Under the pieces are notes generated by a model, which ran no database searches, was not told where the DNA came from, and was given only the letters and a program-made list of their open reading frames with translations. The position numbers and the translations under genes were made by a program. Positions 1 to 9,216 of a DNA stretch of 64,000 bases are shown here, piece after piece; position 1 is the stretch's first letter, and every line of letters starts with the position of its first letter. Source of the stretch: Anaerolineae bacterium (GTDB lineage Bacteria; Chloroflexota; Anaerolineae; Aggregatilineales; Ch27); the NCBI GenBank assembly GCA_034430555.1, contig DAOUEM010000362.1, positions 1,722 to 65,721 of the forward strand. Reading direction: 5' to 3'.

Positions 1-954
1 CGCTGCGTCAAGGACGCCTTCGTCTCGCAGGGTTCCGGCCTGCTGGACTTCCTGGGCGAATTTGAGGCCTTGCAGCCGGACGTCTTCATCGTCAACGAGG
101 ACGGGCACACGCCGGATAAACAGCAGCTTTGTGCCGAGCGCGATGTCGAGTACGTCGTGCTCAAGCGGGAGCCGCACGCCGGCCTGACCCCGCGCTCCAC
201 CACCGACCTGCGCACCGTCGACCGGATGCCCTTCCGCATCGATCTGGCGGGCGGCTGGCTGGACCAGCCCTGGGTGTCCGAGCACTATCCCGGCGCGGTG
301 GTGACCATCTCCCTGGAGCCGACGCTGGAATTCAACGAACGCAGCGGCATGGCCTCCAGCACGCGGCGGGCGGCCATCGATATGTGGGGGCCGCGCCTGC
401 CCGCCGGCGACCCGGAAAAACTGGCGAAGATACTCTTTTGTTACGATAACCCGCCGGGCACTGAGGTGATTTCCGGCTCGCAGGATGCCATCGGCCTGGT
501 ATTCCCCGGCCTGGCTTATGCCTACTACGAGGGCGAATACTGGCCCAGCCGCATCGACCAGCACCAGGACGAAGCGACGATGGCCTTCGTGGAAGAATCG
601 CTGTACCTGATCACGCTGGGCCCGCGCCACGCCGACTTCGACGTGCTGGCCGACACCCGCATCGACCGCGCCGGGGCCAAAGCCCTGGCCGACGCCGCCG
701 ACGACCTGTGGCAGGCCGCCCTGGACCGGGACGTCGCCGCCTTTGGCGGGGCCATGCGCGCCTCGTTCGAAGCGCAGATCGCCATGTTCCCCCACATGGT
801 GAACCAACAGGTGCTGGCCCTGGTGGACCGCTACCGCGACCAGGCCCTGGGCTGGAAGCTGTCCGGGGCGGGCGGCGGCGGCTACCTGATCCTGGTTTCG
901 GAAACGCCTATCGAAAATGCGGTGCGCGTGATCGCCCGCCGCGCCAACGGATGA
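1..954 (+). CDS. GHMP-kinase family sugar kinase, 5-prime partial (frame open to window edge)
   Basis: Frame 1 has no stop from nt 1, so the listed TTG at 70 is probably internal. GHMP-like motifs 'SGSQDAIGLVFPG' and 'KLSGAGGGGYLILV'. Confidence 0.7.
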   Translation, partial: RCVKDAFVSQGSGLLDFLGEFEALQPDVFIVNEDGHTPDKQQLCAERDVEYVVLKREPHAGLTPRSTTDLRTVDRMPFRIDLAGGWLDQPWVSEHYPGAVVTISLEPTLEFNERSGMASSTRRAAIDMWGPRLPAGDPEKLAKILFCYDNPPGTEVISGSQDAIGLVFPGLAYAYYEGEYWPSRIDQHQDEATMAFVEESLYLITLGPRHADFDVLADTRIDRAGAKALADAADDLWQAALDRDVAAFGGAMRASFEAQIAMFPHMVNQQVLALVDRYRDQALGWKLSGAGGGGYLILVSETPIENAVRVIARRANG

Positions 955-988
955 CCGAACGAACACACATCACCCCTCAGGAGGATTT

Positions 989-1957
989 TTGATGAAAACA
1001 GCACTCGTTTGTGGCGCCGGCGGTTTTATCGGCGGGCACCTGGTGAAGAAGCTCAAGCGGGACGGCTATTGGGTGCGCGGCGTGGACATCAAAGCCCACG
1101 AGTTCGCGCCCACTCAGGCCGACGACTTCCTGCGGCTGGACCTGCGGGAGGAGGACAACTGCCGGACGGCCCTCAGCCGTGAGGGCGGCCCCTTCGACGA
1201 GGTGTACCAGCTCGCCGCCGACATGGGCGGCATGGGCTTCATCCACAGCGCCGAGTGCGAGATCATGCACAACAGCGCCCTGATCAACATCCACATGACG
1301 CACCAGGCCTCGCAGATGGGCGTGCCGCGCTACTTCTTCTCGTCCTCGGTGTGCGTTTACCGCGACATGAAACCCGGCGAGCCGGAAATGACCGAAGCCG
1401 AAGCCGTGCCCGCCAACCCGGACAACGAATACGGCTGGGAGAAGCTCTATGCGGAGCGGATGGCCATGGCTTACGGGCGCAACCGGGGCATGACGGTGCG
1501 CATCGCCCGCTTCCAGAACTGCTACGGGCCGGAGGGTACCTGGACCGGGGGCCGCGAAAAAGCCCCGGCGGCCATCTGCCGCAAAGTGGCCGAGGCCGAA
1601 GACGGCGGGACAATCGAGGTGTGGGGCGACGGCACCGCCGTGCGGTCCTACACCTACGTCGATGACATGGTGAACGGCATCTACCTGCTGATGCACTCCG
1701 ACCTGCAAGGCGCGGCCAACATCGGCTGCCCGCAGTACGTGACCGTCAATGAGCTGGTGGAGGCGGTGGCCGAAGCCTCCGGCAAGACGATCCACATTAA
1801 ACACATCGACGGCCCGGTTGGCGTGCAGTCGCGCAACTTCAGCAACGCGCGCATCTACTCGCTGGGCTGGGAAGCGAAGTTCATGCTCAAGGACGGCATC
1901 GCCCGGACCTATCCCTGGGTGGCGGCGCAGGTCAGGGCGGCGCAGGCCGTGCCATAG
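989..1957 (+). CDS. NAD-dependent epimerase/dehydratase, GDP-mannose 3,5-epimerase-like
   Basis: N-terminal Rossmann 'VCGAGGFIGGHL'; 'YGWEKL' (YxxxK region); 'YGPEGTWTGGREKAPAAICRK' resembles the GME family signature. GGAGGA RBS-like sequence upstream. Confidence 0.8.
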   Translation: MMKTALVCGAGGFIGGHLVKKLKRDGYWVRGVDIKAHEFAPTQADDFLRLDLREEDNCRTALSREGGPFDEVYQLAADMGGMGFIHSAECEIMHNSALINIHMTHQASQMGVPRYFFSSSVCVYRDMKPGEPEMTEAEAVPANPDNEYGWEKLYAERMAMAYGRNRGMTVRIARFQNCYGPEGTWTGGREKAPAAICRKVAEAEDGGTIEVWGDGTAVRSYTYVDDMVNGIYLLMHSDLQGAANIGCPQYVTVNELVEAVAEASGKTIHIKHIDGPVGVQSRNFSNARIYSLGWEAKFMLKDGIARTYPWVAAQVRAAQAVP

Positions 1958-2009
1958 AGCGGCTGGCAGCGCGGTTTCATCCGGTATCACATTTTGAACG
2001 TAGGGTTTC

Positions 2010-2043
2010 CGTAGGGGCACAGTCGTGCCCTTACGTCGTTTTT
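2010..2043 (+). terminator. Intrinsic terminator-like hairpin after the epimerase gene
   Basis: 11-bp stem cgtaggggcac/gtgcccttacg (one G-T pair), 4-nt loop, followed by tcgttttt. Confidence 0.5.
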
Positions 2044-2091
2044 GTGGCACAGTGATAAGGAAGATGTCAGGTGAGAGGGAGGGAGAACTCC

Positions 2092-3405
2092 ATGAAATCG
2101 CTGCGGATGGCATTGTTAGGGCTGTTGATCGTGCTGGTGGGGCAGGTTGGATCGGGGGTGGTTGGCGCGCAGGGCGGCGGGTCCTGGCGGGTGCTCTCGG
2201 CGGAACGACTCGAACTGCCGGAAGGCGTGTCGCTATTTTTCCCCGCGCCGGACGGGCGTCAGGTCGCTTACGAACTGCCGGACGGAGAAGGCGGCTGGCA
2301 GCTCTGCCGCTTCCAGGTGGTAACCGGCGAACGGGCCTGTTATCCGCACCCGTTCCCGGAGGCGCATATCTCAATCGATCAGCCGTGGTCACTCGCGCCG
2401 CGTCCGCTGGCCTGGTCGCCGGACGGCAGTCAATGGGCGGTAACCGGACAGCCGCTGCTGCAGCCCTTCATCGATACCGACCCGGTGGTCATCGACCTGG
2501 CGACGGGCGCGCAAACCATCCTGTTGGACGACGGGCATGCCGGTTCGATCTATGGTGCGACGGATAACCCCGTATGGATCGACATGGTGCCCACCTGGTC
2601 GCCGGACGGCACACAGCTTGCCTTCTGGCGCTGGACCGTCAACGCCGACGATACGATTGCTGTACCGGTGGTGATCGTCGCCGCAGTGGATGGCGGCGAG
2701 CCGCGTACGCTGTTCACGCTGCCGGTTGCGGTGCCGGACCCGCGCATGATCGACATGGCCTGGTCGCCCGATGGCAATACGCTGGCACTGAACCTGCCGC
2801 TGTGGGACGACGAGGGGCGAGGCGGCCTGTGGTTGATCGACATCGATAGCGGACGCCTGACGCAATCCATTGACCAGCAGGCGGCAATAGATGTGCTGCT
2901 ATACGCCCATGGCCTGCGCTACCTGGACTACAGCCATGTGACGGCTGGCCTGGCCTGGCCGCTGGCCTGGTCGCCGGCTGGGACACAGGTGTTGTTCCGG
3001 TTGGCGGAACTCGCCGAGCAGCCTTCGCTGGCCGCCTGGCCCGCCTGGAGAGACCTCGTCGATGGCTGGGTGGTATCACTCTCCGTCGAGCCGCCGCCTT
3101 ACGTCGATCCCGATGGTGGCTGGCGTTTTATGCCGCTGTGGTTCACCTGGTCCCCGGATGGCGGGACCATTCTCGTGGCCGGGCCGGAGTACCCCCAGCC
3201 GCCCGATGATGCCCTGCAACCGTTGGGCGACTCCCTCGACTTTGCTGCTGCCTGGGAGGCGCATACCGTCTTCCTGGTGGACGTGGCGAGCGGCGCGGTC
3301 ACGCTGCTGGGCCACCTGCCGGACGAAGGCTTCCACCTGCCGGTCTGGGGTCCGGCGGGCGACGTGCTGCTCTGCGGCCATCGCCTGGTCCTGGCGCGGG
3401 AATAA
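2092..3405 (+). CDS. Secreted PD40/TolB-type beta-propeller repeat protein
   Basis: Signal-peptide-like N-terminus 'MKSLRMALLGLLIVLVGQ'. Five 'WSP[DA]G' repeats. GAGGGAGGGAG RBS before the ATG at 2092. Confidence 0.7.
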   Translation: MKSLRMALLGLLIVLVGQVGSGVVGAQGGGSWRVLSAERLELPEGVSLFFPAPDGRQVAYELPDGEGGWQLCRFQVVTGERACYPHPFPEAHISIDQPWSLAPRPLAWSPDGSQWAVTGQPLLQPFIDTDPVVIDLATGAQTILLDDGHAGSIYGATDNPVWIDMVPTWSPDGTQLAFWRWTVNADDTIAVPVVIVAAVDGGEPRTLFTLPVAVPDPRMIDMAWSPDGNTLALNLPLWDDEGRGGLWLIDIDSGRLTQSIDQQAAIDVLLYAHGLRYLDYSHVTAGLAWPLAWSPAGTQVLFRLAELAEQPSLAAWPAWRDLVDGWVVSLSVEPPPYVDPDGGWRFMPLWFTWSPDGGTILVAGPEYPQPPDDALQPLGDSLDFAAAWEAHTVFLVDVASGAVTLLGHLPDEGFHLPVWGPAGDVLLCGHRLVLARE

Positions 3406-3540
3406 CGCGGTGCGGATGCGGCCCGGCGGTATAATAGGCGGTATGATAACCTGAACACGCCTCCGGCGGACGTTTGATCCGCAGGGGGACGGTTGGCCAT
3501 ACGTCCCCCGCCGCCGGTTTCACCCTGGGAGAAGACCCAT

Positions 3541-6465
3541 ATGACCGCCAAACCTGCCGCCGTATTGGATTTCGCCGCCGACCTTGCCCCCCAACTGCAA
3601 GGCGATGTCCGCACCGATACCTACAACCGCGTGCTGTACAGCACCGACGCCAGCATCTACCAGGTGATGCCGCTGGCCGTGGTGGTGCCGCGTAACGCCG
3701 ACGACGTGATCGCCGCCGTGCAGACCGCCGCCCGCTATCAACTGCCGGTCCTGCCGCGCGGCGGGGGCACCAGCCTGGCCGGCCAGACGGTGAACGAAGC
3801 TGTGATCATCGACCTCAGCCGCCTCAGCCGCATCCTGGAGATCAACGCCGCCGAGCGCTGGGTGCGCGTCGAGCCGGGCATTATCCGGGCGCGCCTGAAC
3901 GCCGCCCTGGGCCAGCGCGGCTTCAAGTTCGGCCCGGACCCGGCCACCGACAACCGCGCCCAGATCGGCGGCATCACCGGCAACAACTCCACCGGCTCGC
4001 ACAGCATCCTCTACGGCATGACCGCCGACCAAGTGATGCAGATGGACACCGTGCTGGCCGACGGCTCGCGCGTCGACTTCGGCCCGCTGAGTGACGAAGA
4101 AGTCGCGCAGAAGGCGGCGCTCGATTCGCTGGAGGGGCAGGTTTACCGGGGGCTGACGGCCATCCTGGCTGAGCACGGCAAGGCCATCCGCGACCGGCTG
4201 CCCCGCACCTGGCGGCGCTGCGGCGGCTACAACCTGGAACGGCTGATCCCCGGCGCGACCGATAACGTGTCGCCCATGCCGCCCCAGCGCTGGGCCGATG
4301 ACCGCTTCAACCTGGCCAAGCTGATGACCGGCAGCGAGGGCACGCTGGGCACGGTGCTCGGCGTGCAGTTGAACCTGGTGCCGTTGCCCCGGGCGAAGGG
4401 CCTGGCCGTCCTGCACTTCGATGACCTGTATGCCGCCCTGGAAGCCATCCCGGCGCTGCTGGAAGTCGGGCCGAGCGCCGTCGAGCTGCTCGACCAAACG
4501 CAGATGGACCTTTGCCGCCAGTCGGAGGTGTGGTCGCGGCGGCTGTATTTCGTGGAAGGCCGTCCGTCGGCGGTGCTGATCACCGAGTTTTACGGCGAAA
4601 ACGAGGCCGAGGTCGCCGCCAAGCTGGACCGGTTGGCGGCGCTCGTCAAGGGATTGCCCGTCGGGGCGATGCCGCGGCTGACCGATGCCCGGTCCCAGGC
4701 GGACGTGTGGGACATACGTAAGGCCGGGCTGGGCCTGTTGATGAGCCTGCGCGGTGATGCCAAGCCGCTGCCCTTCATCGAGGACGTGGCCGTGCCGGTG
4801 GACCACCTGGCCTCTTACATCCGCGACGTGCAGCGCGTGTGCGACGCGGTCGATACGCCGCTGGCGATGTACGCTCATGCCAGCGCCGGCTGCGTGCACC
4901 TGCGCCCCATCGTCAACCTGAAGGACGCCCAGGGCATCCGCGATATGGAGACCATCGCCCGGATGACGGTTGACCTGGTGCTGGGTTATCACGGCGTGCT
5001 GAGCAGCGAGCACGGCGACGGCCGCGTGCGCTCCTGGCTGAACCGCTACTTTTTCGGCGACGAGGTCTACGAGGCCTTCCGGCAGGTCAAGGCCGCTTTC
5101 GACCCGGAAGGGCGTTTGAACCCCGGTAACATCGTCGACGCGCTGCCCATCGACCGGCACCTGCGCTTCGGCGCGGATTACCAGACCGTGCCGCTCTACG
5201 AAAACCTGGACTGGTCGGCCGATCACGGCTTCGCCGGGGCGGTCGAGATGTGCAATGGGGCGGCCGTCTGCCGCAAGGTCGACGGCGAGACGATGTGCCC
5301 CAGCTACATGGTCACCTTCGAGGAGGAACACAGCACGCGGGGCCGGGCCAACCTGCTGCGCGCCGCCATGATGGGCCTGCTCCCGCGCGATCAGTTGTTC
5401 GGGGAGCGGATGGCCGAGGTGATGGAGCTGTGCATCTCCTGCAAGGCCTGCAAAACCGAGTGCCCCTCCCGCGTGGACATGGCCAAGATCAAGCTGGAAT
5501 GGCAGGGCCACTACTGGCGGCACCACGCACCCTCCCTGCGAACGCGCCTCTTTGCCCACATGCCGCTCTTCAGCCGGATCGGCAGCCGCTTCGCGCCGCT
5601 GGCCAACGCCGTGCTGGGCTTCCGTCTGACCCGCAACCTGCTTGACCTGGCACTGGGCATCGACCGCCGCCGCAAGCTGCCATCCTTTGAACCGGCCTTT
5701 ACCTCGCAATCGCGCCCCTTCACCCCAACCGGCAAGAAGGTCGTGCTATACGTGGACACCTGGGCCAACTACCACGAGACCGCCGTCGCCCAGGCCGCCT
5801 GGGACGTGCTGACTGCCGTCGGCTACGAGGTGATCGTGCCGGGCTACGCCTGCTGCGGGCGCACGTACCTCTCGAAGGGTTTCGTGGACCGGGCGCGCCA
5901 GGCCGCCGACCGCGTGATGAACATCCTGGCCCCCTATGCGCGCGCTGGCGTGCCCATCGTCGGGCTGGAACCGAGCTGCATCCTGACCGTGCGCGACGAG
6001 CACCAGTACCTCAGTCAACACCCCGACCGTGAAACCGTGGCCGCGTTTACCTTCACCTTCGAGGAGTTCGCCGCCCAGCACGCCGACGAATGGGCCGACC
6101 TGTTCGAAGCGGACGCGAGTCCGGTCTTGATGCACGGCCACTGTCACCAGAAGGCGATGGTTGGCACCGACCCGGCCCGGACGGCGCTCGGCCTGTGCCA
6201 TGACCACGTGCACGAAGTCGACTCTGGCTGCTGCGGCATGGCGGGCGCTTTCGGCTACGAGAAGGAGCACTACGACCTCTCCAGGCAGATGGCTTATCGT
6301 AAGCTGGTTCCGGCCATGAGCAGCGCCGCCGAGGACGTGACGCTGGTCGCGGCGGGCACTTCCTGCCGCCACCAGATCAAGGATTTTGCCGGTAAGGATG
6401 CCCTGCACCCGGCCCAGGTGTTGGCGGGCGCTTTGCGAAGAAAGGCGAGCAGTGTCCACGAATGA
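3541..6465 (+). CDS. FAD-linked oxidase fused to a 4Fe-4S / cysteine-rich (GlcD-GlcF type, YdiJ-like) dehydrogenase
   Basis: FAD-binding PCMH-type region 'PRGGGTSLAGQ'; Fe-S motif 'CISCKACKTECP'; C-terminal CCG-type 'CCG' motifs. Start taken at ATG 3541; the ORF track starts at 3493. Confidence 0.85.
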   Translation: MTAKPAAVLDFAADLAPQLQGDVRTDTYNRVLYSTDASIYQVMPLAVVVPRNADDVIAAVQTAARYQLPVLPRGGGTSLAGQTVNEAVIIDLSRLSRILEINAAERWVRVEPGIIRARLNAALGQRGFKFGPDPATDNRAQIGGITGNNSTGSHSILYGMTADQVMQMDTVLADGSRVDFGPLSDEEVAQKAALDSLEGQVYRGLTAILAEHGKAIRDRLPRTWRRCGGYNLERLIPGATDNVSPMPPQRWADDRFNLAKLMTGSEGTLGTVLGVQLNLVPLPRAKGLAVLHFDDLYAALEAIPALLEVGPSAVELLDQTQMDLCRQSEVWSRRLYFVEGRPSAVLITEFYGENEAEVAAKLDRLAALVKGLPVGAMPRLTDARSQADVWDIRKAGLGLLMSLRGDAKPLPFIEDVAVPVDHLASYIRDVQRVCDAVDTPLAMYAHASAGCVHLRPIVNLKDAQGIRDMETIARMTVDLVLGYHGVLSSEHGDGRVRSWLNRYFFGDEVYEAFRQVKAAFDPEGRLNPGNIVDALPIDRHLRFGADYQTVPLYENLDWSADHGFAGAVEMCNGAAVCRKVDGETMCPSYMVTFEEEHSTRGRANLLRAAMMGLLPRDQLFGERMAEVMELCISCKACKTECPSRVDMAKIKLEWQGHYWRHHAPSLRTRLFAHMPLFSRIGSRFAPLANAVLGFRLTRNLLDLALGIDRRRKLPSFEPAFTSQSRPFTPTGKKVVLYVDTWANYHETAVAQAAWDVLTAVGYEVIVPGYACCGRTYLSKGFVDRARQAADRVMNILAPYARAGVPIVGLEPSCILTVRDEHQYLSQHPDRETVAAFTFTFEEFAAQHADEWADLFEADASPVLMHGHCHQKAMVGTDPARTALGLCHDHVHEVDSGCCGMAGAFGYEKEHYDLSRQMAYRKLVPAMSSAAEDVTLVAAGTSCRHQIKDFAGKDALHPAQVLAGALRRKASSVHE

Positions 6466-7594
6466 TCGCAAAAACAAACCCGAAGCCCCACTCGGCGGAT
6501 ATGTGATCGCCAGCATATTTGTGCTGGGTTTGGCGATTTGGGCTTTGGTCTTTTTGCTGAGGCAGTTTGCCAACCGCGGCTCGCTTTCGCCACAACTGGT
6601 CGATGGGTTGGCTGTACTCGCCGTGCTGGTCACGTTGGGGATGATTCTGCGGCCACCGCTGGTTCAGTTCTTCGCCACTGTGCGTGAGTTGCGTCAGTTC
6701 CCGCCGCCGGGGCAAAGGATAAAGCTTAACGGGCATCGGCTGCACCTGCATGTTATGGGGCAGGGTCCGGTGACGGTCATCTTTGAGGCTGGGGCGACCG
6801 GGTGTTCGTTGGATTGGAGCCTTGTGCAGCGAGAGGTGGCGCAATTCGCGCGTGTTTGCACCTATGATCGTGCGGGATACGGGTGGAGCGATCCCGGCCC
6901 CAGGCCGCGCACCAGCGCGCAGATCGTGGCGGAATTACGTACTCTGTTGCACCGTGCGAGCGTTCCAGGGCCGTATGTGCTGGTCGGGCATTCGGATGGC
7001 GGTTATCACGTTCGGCTGTTCGCCAGTCGCTACCCGGATGAAGTGGCGGGCCTCGTATTGGTCGATCCGGCGCACGAAGACCCTGAAGGACGTCTCGTAC
7101 CGTCTATGGCTTTTCCAAACAAGCCGTTTATACAAGGCCTCAAGGCAATGGCGATCACGGCGCGTTTGGGTTTGATTCGCCTGGATAAACGGGCTGACCG
7201 TTTGCTCCTCCTGCAATCCTTTGAGCAATTGCCGGCCGATATCCAGGAGGTGCGCTGGGCGCTGATGACGCTGCCGAAAGCATTTCGCGCCGCCTATGAC
7301 GAACTCAGCGTCCTGCCAGAAAGTGCGTTACAGGTCAGTGCCGCCGACCCGCTGCCGGACGTGCCGCTGGTCGTTCTCACGGCTGACGCCCATGATCCTG
7401 CGGGGCTGCCGCCCGACTTCCCGCTTGAGGGATTCGAGACCGTTTGGCGGGAGCTGCAAGCAGAGTTGGCGGGCCGTGTCCCTCGCGGCAAACAGGTCAT
7501 CGTCGAGGAGAGCTGCAGCAGCTTTATTCACCTGAATCGGCCTGATGCCGTGATCGAGGCTATTCGGATGGTGATTCAAGAAACTCGGCAGTGA
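6452..7594 (+). CDS. Membrane-anchored alpha/beta-fold hydrolase
   Basis: N-terminal TM helix, nucleophile elbow 'GHSDGG', and HG-like 'VIFEAGATG'. In-frame GTG at 6452 follows GAAAGG; the start is uncertain. Confidence 0.75.
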   Translation: MSTNDRKNKPEAPLGGYVIASIFVLGLAIWALVFLLRQFANRGSLSPQLVDGLAVLAVLVTLGMILRPPLVQFFATVRELRQFPPPGQRIKLNGHRLHLHVMGQGPVTVIFEAGATGCSLDWSLVQREVAQFARVCTYDRAGYGWSDPGPRPRTSAQIVAELRTLLHRASVPGPYVLVGHSDGGYHVRLFASRYPDEVAGLVLVDPAHEDPEGRLVPSMAFPNKPFIQGLKAMAITARLGLIRLDKRADRLLLLQSFEQLPADIQEVRWALMTLPKAFRAAYDELSVLPESALQVSAADPLPDVPLVVLTADAHDPAGLPPDFPLEGFETVWRELQAELAGRVPRGKQVIVEESCSSFIHLNRPDAVIEAIRMVIQETRQ

Positions 7595-7601
7595 GTGGAT
7601 T

Positions 7602-7685
7602 GGCCGCCACCCGATCAAGGACTTCGCCGGTAAGGACGCCCTGCACCCGGCCCGGGTCCTGGCAAGTCGGTTGAAGGAGCGATGA
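7602..7685 (+). pseudogene. Remnant of the 3-prime end of a second FAD/Fe-S oxidase gene
   Basis: 7602-7663 matches 6364-6425 (the end of the oxidase CDS) at 54 of 62 positions by hand alignment. It translates to 'RHPIKDFAGKDALHPARVLASRLKER*' versus 'RHQIKDFAGKDALHPAQVLAGAL'. Confidence 0.6.
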
Positions 7686-7692
7686 TAGACAG

Positions 7693-7953
7693 ATGCCCTC
7701 ACGCGAACGAAACGAGCGGAAGTTTGGCAACTGGGAAGAATTACCGGATGGCGGGCGTCGCTACTGGCGCGAGCGGTCCGGCAGGCATTGGGGATTTCAG
7801 CGCATGATATTGCTCGTCGATGCGGACGAGAATACGGTATTGTTATTACAAGAAATCTACGATGATGATGGGACGTTGATGGAGCGGCATCAGAAGTATC
7901 CTGAGGATACCGGCCATGAAGTCCTGAAAGAGCGGGAGGACGAGTCGGCATGA
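7693..7953 (+). CDS. Hypothetical small protein (86 aa)
   Basis: ORF whose stop overlaps the next ORF's start in ATGA. G+C visibly lower than the flanks. No motif recognised. Confidence 0.5.
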   Translation: MPSRERNERKFGNWEELPDGGRRYWRERSGRHWGFQRMILLVDADENTVLLLQEIYDDDGTLMERHQKYPEDTGHEVLKEREDESA

Positions 7954-8204
7954 TCACACGGCAAACGGTGAGCGAACAAATACTGGCCTATCTCAACGAA
8001 GAAATCACGCTGGCCGAACTGGTGGACTGGTCAGAAAGAGCAGTGGGTTTCGCCGAAATAGAGCCAGATGATGATATCGACCTGCTAATGGATATTTTGA
8101 TGTATCTGGCGGCGGCGGACTCGGCGGCATTCCCCTTGACGTGGGGCGTGCTGTCGGGTTTTCTCAGGCAGTTGGGGGTGTCCGTCCGGGTGCTGGCGGC
8201 CTAG
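7950..8204 (+). CDS. Hypothetical small acidic protein (84 aa)
   Basis: Translationally coupled to the preceding ORF by a 4-nt overlap. No motif recognised. Confidence 0.5.
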   Translation: MITRQTVSEQILAYLNEEITLAELVDWSERAVGFAEIEPDDDIDLLMDILMYLAAADSAAFPLTWGVLSGFLRQLGVSVRVLAA

Positions 8205-8219
8205 GTTCTGAGAGGTGTT

Positions 8220-8303
8220 GTGCCTTTTCTGATTCTCTTCCTCGGCCTCGCCCTGCTGCTGATCGCCATCTGGCTGTGGCGGCGGGCTTGGCGGCGCGGT
8301 TGA
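8220..8303 (+). other. 27-codon mini-ORF duplicating the N-terminal TM helix of the 9217 gene
   Basis: 'VPFLILFLGLALLLIAIWLWRRAWRRG*' versus 'MEFLTLTAGLVLLLIAIWLWRRTRRR...'. 8241-8298 matches 9238-9295 at 52 of 58 positions, including a 34-nt perfect run. GAGAGG precedes the GTG. Confidence 0.4.
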
Positions 8304-8325
8304 AGCGTGGTTAAGGAGACTTCTG

Positions 8326-9213
8326 ATGGGTACAAGCTACGGCGCTTACATTGTCGATTCGCCGCCTTTCACGCTAGACCTGGATGACATCAGGGCGCAT
8401 TTGCCTGATGGGTGGACCATCAGCGATGGCCGTCCATCGAACCGAGAAGGACTGCAGGAGTATACCGTCAGCTTTACTTATCAAGCCACGAACCCAATAC
8501 AGGCTGAGCGTCAGTGGAAGGCAGAAGTTACGCTTCACGACGATGGCAGTGTGTTCGTTTACCGGGGGTGGTACGATTTTATCTATTTCCTGGAGTGGTA
8601 TCGCACGTACCTGTCGCCCGAATACAAGCTGATGGCGTCGCTTGGAGTACTGACGGGCCGAGGTAATTACACCATCATGCCCGGCTTCACGTGGGACACG
8701 ATAGATCGCGAGTTGGAAAATGTAGGGCTGAAAGCGGAGATTGCCCCCTCCGATTTTTGGATTGGCCCTGCTCCGGATGTCGACCAGAGTTTGCAAGGGC
8801 AAGCGCTATTGAGCGCGCTGCGCACTTCGTACCCACATGCAATCGTATTTGCTGAGGAACCTGAGGAAAAAATCGTCTGGTATTGGTATGCGATGTGGGG
8901 TGTCGTAGACGTTGACCGTAAGAATGTAACCATTGTTGACCGCGACACTTCTCGGCTGGTCAATGTCGTGGATTGGTTTCGCGACCTGCTGCCAGAGGAA
9001 AGCCGCCGGTATTTTCAATGCACTATACGTAGCAAGCGCACGTTTTACACGCCTGTTGTGGACGAACACGACCACCGGTTGACGCTAAACGAGGTCAACG
9101 AAATGAGCATGAACATGGGCGACGGTTTTGATGTGGAACGATTGGCGGAGATTTGTGAGTATCTACGGGGGTTTGGCACGGAAGGCAAAACGCTGCCGGA
9201 AAAGCAACCGTAA
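8326..9213 (+). CDS. Hypothetical protein (295 aa), compositionally atypical
   Basis: Long ORF with AAGGAG RBS. Clearly lower G+C and different codon usage than neighbours (by eye). No recognisable motif. Confidence 0.6.
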   Translation: MGTSYGAYIVDSPPFTLDLDDIRAHLPDGWTISDGRPSNREGLQEYTVSFTYQATNPIQAERQWKAEVTLHDDGSVFVYRGWYDFIYFLEWYRTYLSPEYKLMASLGVLTGRGNYTIMPGFTWDTIDRELENVGLKAEIAPSDFWIGPAPDVDQSLQGQALLSALRTSYPHAIVFAEEPEEKIVWYWYAMWGVVDVDRKNVTIVDRDTSRLVNVVDWFRDLLPEESRRYFQCTIRSKRTFYTPVVDEHDHRLTLNEVNEMSMNMGDGFDVERLAEICEYLRGFGTEGKTLPEKQP

Positions 9214-9216
9214 CCC

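Noticed and set aside
3520-5709. 729-aa ORF antisense to the FAD/Fe-S oxidase gene. Similar long antisense or off-frame ORFs lie at 977-2392, 13245-14978, 34815-36890, 41092-43359, 47827-49836, 53948-55258 and 55251-56543.
   Set aside because: The translations are Arg/Gly/Ala/Pro/His-rich with no motifs, and each lies opposite or out of frame to an ORF with clear family signatures. These are the stop-codon-poor shadow frames typical of high-G+C DNA.
7693-8204. Toxin-antitoxin pair (two small overlapping ORFs)
   Set aside because: The size and 4-nt overlap fit, but neither product shows any toxin or antitoxin family motif I recognise (no PIN, RelE, MazF, HTH, RHH or AbrB signatures). Left as hypothetical.
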